This document shows, one piece after another, positions 21,301-29,519 of a DNA stretch of 64,000 nucleotides. Below the pieces are notes generated by a model. That model was not told the DNA's origin and made no database searches. It saw nothing but the letters and a program-made list of their open reading frames with translations. Within the stretch, counting starts at the first letter, position 1; every line of letters starts with the position of its first letter. Origin of the DNA: an uncultured Thermomicrobiales bacterium (lineage in GTDB: Bacteria; Chloroflexota; Chloroflexia; Thermomicrobiales; CFX8); contig CAZNYB010000003.1 of assembly GCA_964577155.1 (NCBI GenBank), positions 13,815 through 77,814 of the forward strand, read 5' to 3'. A program made the translations under genes and the position numbers.

Positions 21301-21754
21301 CCGGCGGCGTACCGGCGGTGTTGACTATCTCATCGACGGCCAGGTAGTCGCAACCCACACCGTCAACAGCCCGACAACCACAGCGCCACTTGCCGCATGG
21401 TTCAGCTCCGGTAACTCCGGGCAGACACTCAGCGCCGACTGGTTCCGGGTCGATCAGTATCCGTCCAATGGGACATTCACCTCGAACGACATCGATGCGG
21501 GCGTCACAGTCACATTGCAATCCGTCGCCGGTGACATTGACCTGCCGACCGGTACCAGCGCCAGTATCCGAGTGCGTACATCAACGAATGGCACGACGTG
21601 GAGCGCCTGGTCCTCGAGCGCAGCAATCTCTGGCAGTTCGGTCAATCTCGAGGCGCCGGACGGACGCTACGTTCAATATGAATTGACATTGACGAGCGGT
21701 GGCGAAAGCAGCCCTGAAATCCGCTCTGTCACCATCTCTGGAACCACAAGCTAG
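15272..21754 (+). CDS. giant secreted multidomain surface protein with Tat signal, FN3-like, IPT/TIG, LamG/ConA-like lectin-fold and Big_2 domains
   Basis: ORF 15236..21754. Likely starts are the ATGs at 15272 or 15296. Twin-arginine signal (TRRSILRAGLGGTVAFAF), one FN3-like domain (TVTWTTDEAATSIVDYG), and IPT-like units (ISGTNFVNG, LSGAGFITG, VSGQNFISG, ITGDNFASG). Big_2-like units (QQFIAEVSDTDGNPL, QQFSAQVFDISGNLI) and three lectin-fold modules are also present. The function of the N-terminal ~600 aa is not recognised with certainty. Confidence 0.8.
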   Translation: MKNSRDTSMRRISLTRRSILRAGLGGTVAFAFSNHNVKLRRRFLSANAATPPVQTAATLAGDEASRELAIQGNGSIAIVTDSSTSTFGGYLAEILSAEGVRDYSIFPLSSLNSVIQNSPRAIILAPSSPTSANITTLQNYVSSGGGLVVLRPDSGLNNLLGITSESGSISQGYLRITDTQVAGGLYSQTIQFHGTSNKYSLNGAQQIAELYTSRTSTTGLPAATLSNFGSGRAAMMSFDLAQSVAEIRQGNPAQANQDTDGDGIVRSIDIYRNWTDLERSNVPQADIQQRLLVRLIDAVSGYPTPRLWYFPGNSRSVFVPTGDAHGNPQSYFQALIDAFSQRGIGMTFFVPTTSPPPSAVSQWISQGFDFSIHPYVDQGYGSGFSDNLSDFVNDYGFSPATARTHQVRWTGWSTAAEIESQFGIEMDFNSYQWSTWLSNSSGQARGYLSGSGIPMRFAASDGDTLSIFQQHTNLVDEELAPEVGVADLTLTEALSISHQTIDDCIDQFHTAIVTQFHVDYFNFGDVNSWVLGTTDYALQRGATPLTAAEWLAFVKSRAATNISDVTWAANALLFTVSGGGSNRTVLVPLSQLGSALTSVTRNGSNASYSVLTVDGRSMAAISATNGNYKATYEADTTAPVISNIVVTSTANTATVTWTTDEAATSIVDYGLTPSLGSQASVAGLATSHSVTLTGLTPATTYSYQVTSADASNNTSSSEIQSFTTTPAGAPTLSGIAPSSGQSGTSHNVTISGTNFVNGISASLGTTALQNVALTNSTTIQAVVPASLPVGQHNLEVTNPDTQSATLANAYTSTAPPPDLVSVAPPVATAGQQVTLSGAGFITGATVRFNSTAAMQTTVTSSSSATAQIPTSLAGGTYSVTLTNPDQQSDTLTNALTISALPTIGHTTVADFTPGVFTNTAVISGGQAGDGAVVLASNGWLDNFDQPNLDPNLWTSNTWQTGGSIAISTGNLNVNGAWIRSATTVGIGRVNMRATFTGAPWLNIGLSRTDDLDNPWFLFGVPGWDTSQVYVRYNFSGGFANIPLPDLLGAPHTYSIVKESGLVRFLVDDQEVHQVATGALGGLATWVSSGAIGSPLSVDSVEIVTYQPQGSYLSPALDAGQSANWQQLIISAPSVPSTSFVVRVRSSTFGSNWSAWSTDMSSFPAQLALPVGRYLQYQIDLQSTDGTTTPIIEAVSASYQTQSGPVVSSVVVSPASVNLERDETQQFIAEVSDTDGNPLPDAPVTWSVTNGGGTINASGLFTAGATGGTFTNTVVASSNGITGSASVTVTVPPAPQITDVSPPAALAGDTVTVSGQNFISGAQVHVGSTQTDDVNVSSATTLTFTVPTIANDTYSVTVTNPDGQFGSLQNALTISSLNWLNHTSLSDFQAGTHASTAAIQGGVAGDGAVILANQGSIDDFNDASLNGSLWTSGLWDPSGSLTISGGALTARGGWVRSTASLTSGAASGRLTFSNTGWQNFGLSRTDDLDAPWFLFGVPGWDTSQVYVRFNYNGGLGNVPIPGLIGEPHDYAIQVGGGIVSFLVDDQQVHQVNVPALPTMAVWLSVGSTIEPGTVADSLGSVIYPESGAFTGQTFDAGQYANWQELIVDATTMQGTTLSFRARTSTNSTTWSTWSTSTSTSPAHLALPGGRYLQYELNLATTKGSATPLIQVVSGGYTPSTPPGPASMTITPTNATLIPGDTQQFSAQVFDISGNLITDAPLSWSVEAGGGEITSGGMFTAGSTLGNYADTVVATSNSLNARATVNVIAPPSPHISNVNPSSAVVGASVTITGDNFASGATVALDSIPVSDATVVNATTITFTVPQVPAGMYSVVVTNPREQSDILSDGLTVSTPSVPVTVSQSTGSEFGQGSLVNTEVTTFGDGEVRLTASFLDEFNGSALGSAWNSGSYGSGGSASVNNGQAAVTNGWIQSTASFGETTATARLTYNNNGTPYLNFGFGSAGSLDYPWFLFGIPGFDTNRIYARTNVPGDFYLDQVINGVTLNQPHEYSIRRRTGGVDYLIDGQVVATHTVNSPTTTAPLAAWFSSGNSGQTLSADWFRVDQYPSNGTFTSNDIDAGVTVTLQSVAGDIDLPTGTSASIRVRTSTNGTTWSAWSSSAAISGSSVNLEAPDGRYVQYELTLTSGGESSPEIRSVTISGTTS
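17977..21751 (+). repeat. three tandem intragenic modules of about 1.42 kb (A 17977-19395, B 19396-20828, C 20829-21751, truncated)
   Basis: Protein modules align by eye (LSRTDDLDNPWFLFGVPGWDTSQVYVRYN vs LSRTDDLDAPWFLFGVPGWDTSQVYVRFN vs GSAGSLDYPWFLFGIPGFDTNRIYARTN). At DNA level 18281-18370 vs 19709-19798 match at about 79 of 90 positions, by my count. Confidence 0.85.
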
Positions 21755-21762
21755 GAGCCTTT

Positions 21763-21805
21763 GGGCCGGTCACTGTACAAGTTGTCAACCGCAGATGACC
21801 GGCCC
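21763..21805 (+). terminator. GC-rich hairpin after the giant gene (GGGCCGGTCA / TGACCGGCCC, 23-nt loop)
   Basis: Perfect 10-bp inverted repeat read directly, 9 nt after the stop codon. No clear U-tract, so the terminator assignment is tentative. Confidence 0.4.
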
Positions 21806-21914
21806 GGATACCCATTGTCAGCCCCAAAGACCATCCTCGATGGAGGGTCGTCATCGCGACGACATGCCAGCGCGGCGCCCATGATGCAGCAGCAGCGCTC
21901 TAGCGGGAGATGAA

Positions 21915-22688
21915 GTGCCGAAGAGTCTGAACACCTACATTCATACGCAGTCGTCCAGTTTTGGTAGCTGGATCACGCAGGAGCTTGCTACCGGTTTGCT
22001 CGGCTGGATCCCTTCGCTGCCGGGTATCGCATTGCGTGGCATTGGTTACCGCACGCTTCTGGATGCCGAAAGCATGCCCGTAATAGAACAAGGCGTCCGG
22101 CTTCGCTATATCGAAAACATTCGTCTCGGGCGCAATGTCTATCTCGATCAGGACACTTACCTGCATGCCTGCCCGGGTGGCATCGCGATCGGTGACGACA
22201 GCGTCATTATGCACGGCACGATCCTGCATGTCTTCAACTTCCGTAATTTGCCGCACGCCGGCATCACGATCGGCAAGCGCTGTTTCATCGGCGAGCGCAG
22301 CGTGATTCGCGGACAAGGCGGGGTACGGATCGGTGACGACGTGTTACTTGCGCCGCACGTCCAGATCCTGGCGATCGATCACGTCGTCGCGACAACTCGG
22401 GTGCCTATCATGGATCAGGGAATCAAAGGCGAAGGCATCATCATAGAAGACGGCGCTTGGCTCGGTGCAGGCTCGATTATTACGGACGGCGTCCGGGTTG
22501 GACGCAATGCGGTTGTCGGAGCCGGCGCAGTGGTAACCCACGATGTGCCCGACGGCGCGGTTGCTGTCGGAATCCCGGCGCGTGTCGTGCGAGAGATCGC
22601 CGATGAACCGCCCCCGCTTGACATAGCCCCACCGATTACCAAGGTCACTCGCAACGGTCCCACTCAGATAGCGGCGACATGGCGTTGA
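21915..22688 (+). CDS. left-handed beta-helix (hexapeptide repeat) acyl/acetyltransferase
   Basis: Repeated [LIV]-G-x4 hexapeptides (IGDDSVIMHGTIL, IGKRCFIGERSVI, IGDDVLLAPHVQI, GAWLGAGSIITDGVRVGRNAVVGAGAVV). Confidence 0.75.
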   Translation: MPKSLNTYIHTQSSSFGSWITQELATGLLGWIPSLPGIALRGIGYRTLLDAESMPVIEQGVRLRYIENIRLGRNVYLDQDTYLHACPGGIAIGDDSVIMHGTILHVFNFRNLPHAGITIGKRCFIGERSVIRGQGGVRIGDDVLLAPHVQILAIDHVVATTRVPIMDQGIKGEGIIIEDGAWLGAGSIITDGVRVGRNAVVGAGAVVTHDVPDGAVAVGIPARVVREIADEPPPLDIAPPITKVTRNGPTQIAATWR

Positions 22689-22707
22689 AGTTCGACGCAG
22701 AAAGAGG

Positions 22708-24150
22708 TTGAGCATGGTGGTGGAACTGAATCAACAGAGTCAGGTCGCTGTGCTTGGTGGTGGCGCAGCCGGTCTCAGCGCCGCTTGGAAGCTGGCCGAA
22801 GCTGGTGTTTGTGTCAATCTCTACGAGGCCGCCCCAGACCTCGGTGGAATGGCCGCCAGCATCCGTAAGGGTGGTTACATCTGGGACTTCGGACCACATC
22901 GTTTCCACAGCAAGAACCCGGCCATTATCGACACCGTACAGGGGTTGCTCGGCGACGATCTGCGGGGACGCAAGCTGAAGACGCGGGTAAATTTTATGGA
23001 GCGCTATTTCGACTACCCGCTCAACGCCGGCAACCTGCTTACCAACCTGCCGCCTTCAGTGGCCGCGCTCTCGTTCCTCGACTTTGCCGGTATGAAAGTC
23101 AAGCAACAGTTCCATCCTGCCGAAGACGATTCGTTCGAGTCTTGGGTCGTCAACCGTTTTGGCCGTCGACTTTATGACATCTATTTTGGTCCGTATACGA
23201 AGAAGGTCTGGGGGCGTGATCCAAAGGAGCTTTCGGCTAGCTGGGCGGCTCAGCGCGTCGCAGTCGTCGATCTCTGGGATCTGCTCTTTCGGATGTTGAA
23301 GATCCGGCGAGGCGACAACGGCTTCCATCACTCCGAGTTCAAAAATGATTTCTGGTACCCGCGCAACGGCATCGGCCAGATTTCAGAGGCAATGCAGCAA
23401 CGCGCCGTTGATCATGGCGCCAACCTGCTGACTGGCGCACGGATCACTGGCGTCGAGCATCACCAGGGCAAGATCGTCGCTATTCACTACCAACGCGCCG
23501 GTCAACAGTTCGTCGCCCCGTGTGATGCCGTCGTGTCGTCACTACCGCTACCATTGCTGGTGCGGCTGTTGATTCCGGCAGCCCCTGAAGACGTCATGAC
23601 TTCAGCTTCCGGATTGAACTACCGAGCTATGATCTTCTGCTTCGTCGAGATCGACAAACCGGGCATTTCTGACGACCACTGGACCTATTTTCCAGACGAG
23701 CGCATCATCTTCAATCGCACCTCGGAAATGCGCAATTTCAGTCCGGATGCGGTTCCGCCGGGCAAAACGTCACTAACGCTGGAGATCACCTGCGACATAG
23801 GCGATGAACTCTGGACAGCGCCGGAAAACGATATCTTCGAACGCTCGGTCCAGGGGCTGCTTGCGACCGAACTCATCGAGGATCGGAGCCAGGTGACGGA
23901 CCATTTCTTCCGACGCTTGTCGCATGCCTACCCGACCTACGACATCGATTTCGAGTCGCGCATCGGCCATCTGGCCTATCACCTGGCCGAATATGACAAC
24001 CTCGTCAATGCCGGACGGCAAGCTCTATTTCGTTACGTCAACACCGATCACGTGATGGAAATGGGCTTCAGTGCAGCCCAGGAGTTGCTCGACGGCGCGC
24101 TTGGGACGCGAGTTGAGCGAGTTGGTTCTGAACAAGTCTGGTTTGGATAA
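22708..24150 (+). CDS. FAD/NAD(P)-dependent oxidoreductase (amine oxidase-like fold), second copy of this fold in the locus
   Basis: VAVLGGGAAGLSAAWKLAEAGVCVNLYEAAPDLGGMA dinucleotide-binding motif. 480 aa. Confidence 0.75.
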   Translation: MSMVVELNQQSQVAVLGGGAAGLSAAWKLAEAGVCVNLYEAAPDLGGMAASIRKGGYIWDFGPHRFHSKNPAIIDTVQGLLGDDLRGRKLKTRVNFMERYFDYPLNAGNLLTNLPPSVAALSFLDFAGMKVKQQFHPAEDDSFESWVVNRFGRRLYDIYFGPYTKKVWGRDPKELSASWAAQRVAVVDLWDLLFRMLKIRRGDNGFHHSEFKNDFWYPRNGIGQISEAMQQRAVDHGANLLTGARITGVEHHQGKIVAIHYQRAGQQFVAPCDAVVSSLPLPLLVRLLIPAAPEDVMTSASGLNYRAMIFCFVEIDKPGISDDHWTYFPDERIIFNRTSEMRNFSPDAVPPGKTSLTLEITCDIGDELWTAPENDIFERSVQGLLATELIEDRSQVTDHFFRRLSHAYPTYDIDFESRIGHLAYHLAEYDNLVNAGRQALFRYVNTDHVMEMGFSAAQELLDGALGTRVERVGSEQVWFG

Positions 24151-24195
24151 TCGTCCGGCTCACGCTGTAGTGGCGGACCGAAGAAAGGGTCGTTC

Positions 24196-25824
24196 ATGAA
24201 CGACAACGGCAATGGAATCGATACACCGACAACAACAGGGAATGGAGCCAATGGCACGGTTACGACGACGACGAAGACCCAGTTGAAAGTCGTGCCGACC
24301 GTCGGAAATGTTGACCTCCTGAAGATCAGTAGCACGAGTGTCCGCGACTTCGCCGGCGAGCAGAAGAGTCTCGTCGACTTGCTCTTCGTCAACCCTCCAT
24401 CCCCGGACGGAGAGGTCTTCATCCGCGATATCCACCGGGTTGGCCGGCGATCGCGGGAGAAAATGATCTGGCCGCAAACCGAACTGGCAGGACTGGCTGC
24501 CGTCATGGAAGAAGCAGGCTTTTCAACCGAGATCCTCGACTGCATCGCCGAGGACATGGATTGGCCGCACTTCCAGGCGCTTATCGAGAAAAAGCGTCCG
24601 CGCTACCTTGTCACCAACGTCACTGCGCCAACACTCAAGAACGACCTGACTGCGACATTCCTTGCAAAGTCGATCGGGAGCATCACCATTGCTATTGGTT
24701 CGCATGTAACTCCCATGGCCTACGAAACCCTAAACGACTACCCAACGCTCGACATCATAATCCGCCACGAGCCGGAGTTCACACTGCGTGAGCTGGTTCA
24801 GACGTTGGAGGAGGACAGGACATTACACGGGGTCCAGGGCACAGTCTTTCGACACGAAGGTAAGATCGTCGCCAATCCGGACCGTCCCTTCATCGAGAAT
24901 CTCGACGATCTACCGATGCCGCTCTATGAAAAGCTGCCGCTCGACAAATACCGCATTCCGATGATTCGCGGCCCGTATTGCTTCGTCGTCACAAGCCGCG
25001 GCTGCCCGGCCGGCTGTCGCTTTTGCATCAAACATGTCATGTGGCAAAACACTGTGCGGTCACATTCACCTGAGCGTATTTTTGCTGAAATGAAGCATTT
25101 GGCTTCTCTGGGCGTGACGAACATCCACTTCTACGCTGATCTGTTCACGGTCGATCGCCAAGTCGTCATCGACCTCTGCAAGCTGATAGTCGACGATGGC
25201 GTCAAGTTCCGCCTGACGAGCAACAGTCGTGTCGACTTCATCGACGAAGAGATGCTGGCCTGGATGGCAAAAGCCGGCTTCTGGATGATCTCCTGGGGAC
25301 TCGAGTCCGGTTCGATGGATGTGCTGAAGCGCATGCGCAAGGGCATCAACTTCGACAAGACCCGGAAGGCGCTGGAGACGAGCAAAAAGCTTGGGATAAA
25401 GAACTGGGGCTACTTCATCATCGGTATGCCGGGCGAGACCGTTGACTCGATCAACGATACGATTGCATTCGCCAAGAGCCTGCCGCTTACACTGGCGCTC
25501 TTTCACATCGCCGTGCCGTACCCAGGAACGCCCTTCTATTACGAAGCAGTCGAAAACGGCTGGATCAACGCCTCGCGCTGGGAAGACTTCGACATGGATG
25601 TTTCTACAGCGCTGAACTATCCGGATCTGTCTGCTGAGGAGCTGGAGAACCACGCCAAACGAGCGTTCCGGGAATGGGCGCTACGTCCCGGCCCGGCCAT
25701 GACTTATCTGCGCAGTATGAACTCGCTGGCCACGCTGAAACCAGCGCTGAGTCTTGGCTTCGAACATATGAAATGGGTGGTCTCTGGCAGGAACAAACCA
25801 CGGCGCGCCGCCAGCGCAAACTAG
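24196..25824 (+). CDS. B12-binding domain radical SAM enzyme (class B type)
   Basis: CxxxCxxC cluster motif (SRGCPAGCRFCIKH) preceded by a cobalamin-binding-like N-terminal domain (LLFVNPPSP, LAGLAAVMEEAGFSTEILD). 542 aa. Confidence 0.8.
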   Translation: MNDNGNGIDTPTTTGNGANGTVTTTTKTQLKVVPTVGNVDLLKISSTSVRDFAGEQKSLVDLLFVNPPSPDGEVFIRDIHRVGRRSREKMIWPQTELAGLAAVMEEAGFSTEILDCIAEDMDWPHFQALIEKKRPRYLVTNVTAPTLKNDLTATFLAKSIGSITIAIGSHVTPMAYETLNDYPTLDIIIRHEPEFTLRELVQTLEEDRTLHGVQGTVFRHEGKIVANPDRPFIENLDDLPMPLYEKLPLDKYRIPMIRGPYCFVVTSRGCPAGCRFCIKHVMWQNTVRSHSPERIFAEMKHLASLGVTNIHFYADLFTVDRQVVIDLCKLIVDDGVKFRLTSNSRVDFIDEEMLAWMAKAGFWMISWGLESGSMDVLKRMRKGINFDKTRKALETSKKLGIKNWGYFIIGMPGETVDSINDTIAFAKSLPLTLALFHIAVPYPGTPFYYEAVENGWINASRWEDFDMDVSTALNYPDLSAEELENHAKRAFREWALRPGPAMTYLRSMNSLATLKPALSLGFEHMKWVVSGRNKPRRAASAN

Positions 25825-25828
25825 CTGC

Positions 25829-27127
25829 GTGACGATGCAGACACAGTCCCCACATTCGGCCAATGGGGCAAAGAGGCTTCAATCAGTATCAGACTGCGCC
25901 TCAGGCTCCGTGGCACCCAGGGTGCTACTCGGGCATGTCCGTCAGGCACGGGTAGCACTCCTTTCTACGTGGCATCCGGAACCGGCAGATAACGGTCGGA
26001 AGCAACGTACTCGCATCATTATTGACGCGCTGGCCCGAGAACATGAGGTGTTCTTGATCTCGTTGGTCGATCCCGCCGATGCCGCCCGCGGCACACTTCC
26101 CGTCGTGTCAGGAGTAGCGGAGCAGTTTCTGCTGCCGTTGCCGGTTTTCAAGTCACTCTCGCTGGCAGGAATCATCGGAACCCTGTCGCCGTTGCCTCGC
26201 TCGATCTTTGCGACTTGGAATCCTGCGACAGCACACCAAATCAACCGGATATTAAGCGAGCATGAGATTACCGTAGCGATTGGGACCGACCTGCGCACCC
26301 TGCGCTACTTGACAAACCTGCCTCCCGGTGTTGCCCGCATCCTTGATGAACCGGATGTTTCACCGTTCGTGTCGACACCCAAGAGCTTACGGAGCCTCCT
26401 GAGACAGTTTAAATACCATCACTTCCTGGAGCACTCACGAAATAGCCTAGATGCAGTGGCATTGGCTTCTGAGCTCGAAGAAGAGGCGTTTGCAAATCTC
26501 TCCGGAGGATCGAGCTTCGTCATCGCCAACGTCGTCCCAGAAGTGCCCGGCGAGCGTTGGAGTGCCGGAGACGCTACGACACTTCTCTATACCGGGGCGT
26601 TGACTTACCGGCCAAATCTCGAAGCAATCGAGTTCATGTCGCGCGGCATACTGGAGCACATTCAGGCCGAGTATCCCGACCTACAGCTCATTGTAACGGG
26701 CGCAGTCCCGGAACCGCGTCCCGCGGTCTGTGAAAACCCCCTGCTAACGTTTACAGGGAGAGTACCTTCGCTGGACAGGTTATATCGTGAGTCCCGGCTC
26801 TTTGTCGTCCCGCTGCTCACCGGTACTGGAACGCGGATCAAGCTGCTCGAAGCGATGTCGTATGGAATGCCAGTCGTCAGCACGCGCAAAGGCGCAGAGG
26901 GTCTACCAGTTGTCGATGGAGAGCACCTGCTACTGGCTGATAGCTGCGACGAGTTCATCGCTGCAATCCTACTGTTACTAGGAGATCGAGAGCGTTGTGA
27001 ACGACTCGGCGGGAACGCTAGACAACTCATCGTCGAACGTTTCAGCGCCGCTGCGACCGCGAGCATCTGGGACGAGCTGGTGGTGCATGCGATGATCAGC
27101 GAACAGGAACGCACGAATCGTGGCTAG
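25829..27127 (+). CDS. glycosyltransferase family 4 (GT-B fold)
   Basis: C-terminal LFVVPLLTGTGTRIKLLEAMSYGMPVVSTRKGAEGL motif. Confidence 0.8.
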   Translation: MTMQTQSPHSANGAKRLQSVSDCASGSVAPRVLLGHVRQARVALLSTWHPEPADNGRKQRTRIIIDALAREHEVFLISLVDPADAARGTLPVVSGVAEQFLLPLPVFKSLSLAGIIGTLSPLPRSIFATWNPATAHQINRILSEHEITVAIGTDLRTLRYLTNLPPGVARILDEPDVSPFVSTPKSLRSLLRQFKYHHFLEHSRNSLDAVALASELEEEAFANLSGGSSFVIANVVPEVPGERWSAGDATTLLYTGALTYRPNLEAIEFMSRGILEHIQAEYPDLQLIVTGAVPEPRPAVCENPLLTFTGRVPSLDRLYRESRLFVVPLLTGTGTRIKLLEAMSYGMPVVSTRKGAEGLPVVDGEHLLLADSCDEFIAAILLLLGDRERCERLGGNARQLIVERFSAAATASIWDELVVHAMISEQERTNRG

Positions 27128-28520
27128 TCTCGTATTGCGCGACGTACCGACTTCGCTGAGGCGGACTTCATTCGTATTGCCTGCAATCGTAGCGAGTCTT
27201 CTATTCGTCGCCCTCCTCGTGTTCCGGTTACAGGGTTTCGGTACTGTCATGCCGATGCTGCTGCTGATTACGATGTGCCTCGGGGTTCTTGTCGTCCTGC
27301 GACCGGCCATCGGGCTCGTGACCGTTGTCTTCAGCGCCGAATTTCTCCGCATTACTATCAGCACCGGCACTGACAGCGCCCTCGTCGTCAGCCTGCTCTG
27401 TGCGATATTGCTCGTAGTTGGTTGGAGTGCCCACCGGCTGATCGAACGCAAACCACTGTTCCTACTCCCACAACCCGTGGCAATTCCGGCAATCATCCTT
27501 GCTGGCGCAACAGCTCTCTCCTTTATCTGGGGGCGACTCGTGCTCGATCCCCGCATCGACGTACCACCTACTTTTTATCGAGTGCAAATTGGCCAGGCGC
27601 TCCTGACGCTGGTTTCGCTTGGAATGCTCTTCGTCAGTGCGGATTTGCTCCGCAACCGGCAGTTGAGGAACTTCATCGTCATCACCCTGCTCGGGATCGG
27701 AGCAGTAGCACTACCCTTTCGCTGGTTCGGTTGGAACTCTCTCGACATCAACACAGCCGGACTCTTCGGTCTCTGGTTCGTCGCACTCGCCTGGTCCAAT
27801 GCCCTGGCCAACGAGGACCTCGCACGCTGGATGCGCTTCACACTCGCCAGCCTGGCGCTCGGCTGGTTGCTGATGGCGTACATCCAAGAGGGGAGCTGGG
27901 TGAGCGGCTGGCTTCCCGCCGTGATTGCAATTCTAGCGATTACGCTCATCGCACGACCCAAAGCTGGAATCGTGCTGCTCCTCTCTTTCGTCGTCGGAGT
28001 CACCTTCTACTTTTCAATCATCTATAACCTCCTCGTCACGACGCAGGAACAAGAGGGCAGTATTGGCGGTGACTTCGGCCGGCTTCAGCTCATTGAGCGC
28101 AACCTGAGCCTCATTAAAGATCACTTGTTGCTTGGAACAGGGCCGGCAGGCTACGCGCTCTATTACGTCACATTTTTCCCAGATCGCGCGATGTCGACGC
28201 ATAACAACTATGTCGACATCCTCTCGCAAAATGGCGTGGCGGGCTTGATCGGCTTCGTTGCGCTACTGTTCGGGCTCGGGATCATTGCCGTGCAGCTCGT
28301 CCCACACGTTACCTATCAATCCGACCGGGCTCTAGCAATTGCTCTCGCAGGCGGCATTCCGGCACTCATCTTTTCACTTTGGCTGGGAGACTGGCTCATT
28401 CCATTTGTCTACAACCAGACGATTGCCGGTTTTGACCATGCTGTCTATAGCTGGCTGATGCTGTCCTGCCTGTGTGGGCTTTATGCTCAGTATCGTGTTA
28501 GGAACAGAGCCGATGGCTGA
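27120..28520 (+). CDS. O-antigen polymerase/ligase family membrane protein (Wzy-like)
   Basis: About 10-12 TM helices and the Wzy_C-type loop LLGTGPAGYALYYVTFFPDRAMSTHNNYVDILSQNGVAGLIG. GTG start overlaps the upstream stop by 8 nt. Confidence 0.7.
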   Translation: MASLVLRDVPTSLRRTSFVLPAIVASLLFVALLVFRLQGFGTVMPMLLLITMCLGVLVVLRPAIGLVTVVFSAEFLRITISTGTDSALVVSLLCAILLVVGWSAHRLIERKPLFLLPQPVAIPAIILAGATALSFIWGRLVLDPRIDVPPTFYRVQIGQALLTLVSLGMLFVSADLLRNRQLRNFIVITLLGIGAVALPFRWFGWNSLDINTAGLFGLWFVALAWSNALANEDLARWMRFTLASLALGWLLMAYIQEGSWVSGWLPAVIAILAITLIARPKAGIVLLLSFVVGVTFYFSIIYNLLVTTQEQEGSIGGDFGRLQLIERNLSLIKDHLLLGTGPAGYALYYVTFFPDRAMSTHNNYVDILSQNGVAGLIGFVALLFGLGIIAVQLVPHVTYQSDRALAIALAGGIPALIFSLWLGDWLIPFVYNQTIAGFDHAVYSWLMLSCLCGLYAQYRVRNRADG

Positions 28521-29433
28521 ACTGAGTGTGGTGATTGTCTCCTACAATACCTGCGATCTGCTTGCACGTTGTCTATCCGAGTTGCGCATCGCAGCGCAAC
28601 ATCTCGTGCTCGAGATTATCGTGGTTGACAATGGTTCGACGGATGGTACGCGTGAATTCCTCGCAGGCCAACTCGATATTCAGTCGATCCTGAATGATTG
28701 CAATTCGGGTTTCGCAGTGGCCAACAACCAGGGTTTCAAGCTTGCTGAAGCGCCAATCATTCTGTTGCTCAATAGCGACGCCTTCGTGACGAGCCAAACA
28801 CTGCGCCGAGCGATGAGGGCAATGCAATACAACCCGTTCGTCGGCCTGGTAGGTGTGAAAATCCTCAACGCCGACGGTTCGATTCAGGCCGAGAATGGCT
28901 CGTTTCCGACACTCTGGCACGATATTCGGGCTTCGATCGGTCTGAATCAATTCGAGCGCGGTCAGAAGCATGCGCCGACGGTCTCCGGCCCTGTCGATTG
29001 GGTACATGGCGCTTGCATGTTCGCTCGAAAAGAGGCGATTGAAGCCGTCGGCGGACTAGACGAACGATACTTCATGTACAGTGAAGAAATCGATTGGTGT
29101 CACCGCTTCTGGGACGCTAATTGGCAAGTCTGGTATGTGCCCGAAGCCTCGGCGGTTCATGTTGGCGGAAGTTCGTCACGCTCGAACGACCTGAGCCGTC
29201 GAGTCGCATTGTACGAGAGCAGGCTTGGGCTTCGACGCCATCTGACTGGCCCACACTCTAGCCTGTTGCTCTGGCTAGCGATGCTTTCCGGACTCACCGG
29301 CAGGGTGATAACTCGCCCGTTGCTGCAGGCCGTTACCCGTCGTGAATTCGGCAATCAGAGTGCGACCGCCGACTGGCAGCTGGTGCGCGCCATCGCCCGG
29401 ATGGATCCACTGGCCCGAAAACTGGCTTCCTGA
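28513..29433 (+). CDS. GT2 glycosyltransferase (rhamnosyl/galactosyl-transferase-like GT-A)
   Basis: LSVVIVSYNTCDLLARCL, VVDNGSTDGT and LNSDAF motifs. The ATG at 28513 overlaps the upstream stop (ATGGCTGA). Confidence 0.8.
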   Translation: MAELSVVIVSYNTCDLLARCLSELRIAAQHLVLEIIVVDNGSTDGTREFLAGQLDIQSILNDCNSGFAVANNQGFKLAEAPIILLLNSDAFVTSQTLRRAMRAMQYNPFVGLVGVKILNADGSIQAENGSFPTLWHDIRASIGLNQFERGQKHAPTVSGPVDWVHGACMFARKEAIEAVGGLDERYFMYSEEIDWCHRFWDANWQVWYVPEASAVHVGGSSSRSNDLSRRVALYESRLGLRRHLTGPHSSLLLWLAMLSGLTGRVITRPLLQAVTRREFGNQSATADWQLVRAIARMDPLARKLAS

Positions 29434-29519
29434 ACAACCTGTCACTTATCAAAGACACCCATCCGGCACGCTCAGCAGCCTGGACGTTGCAGGCTTATGC
29501 TGATTGTGAAAGGCACGCT

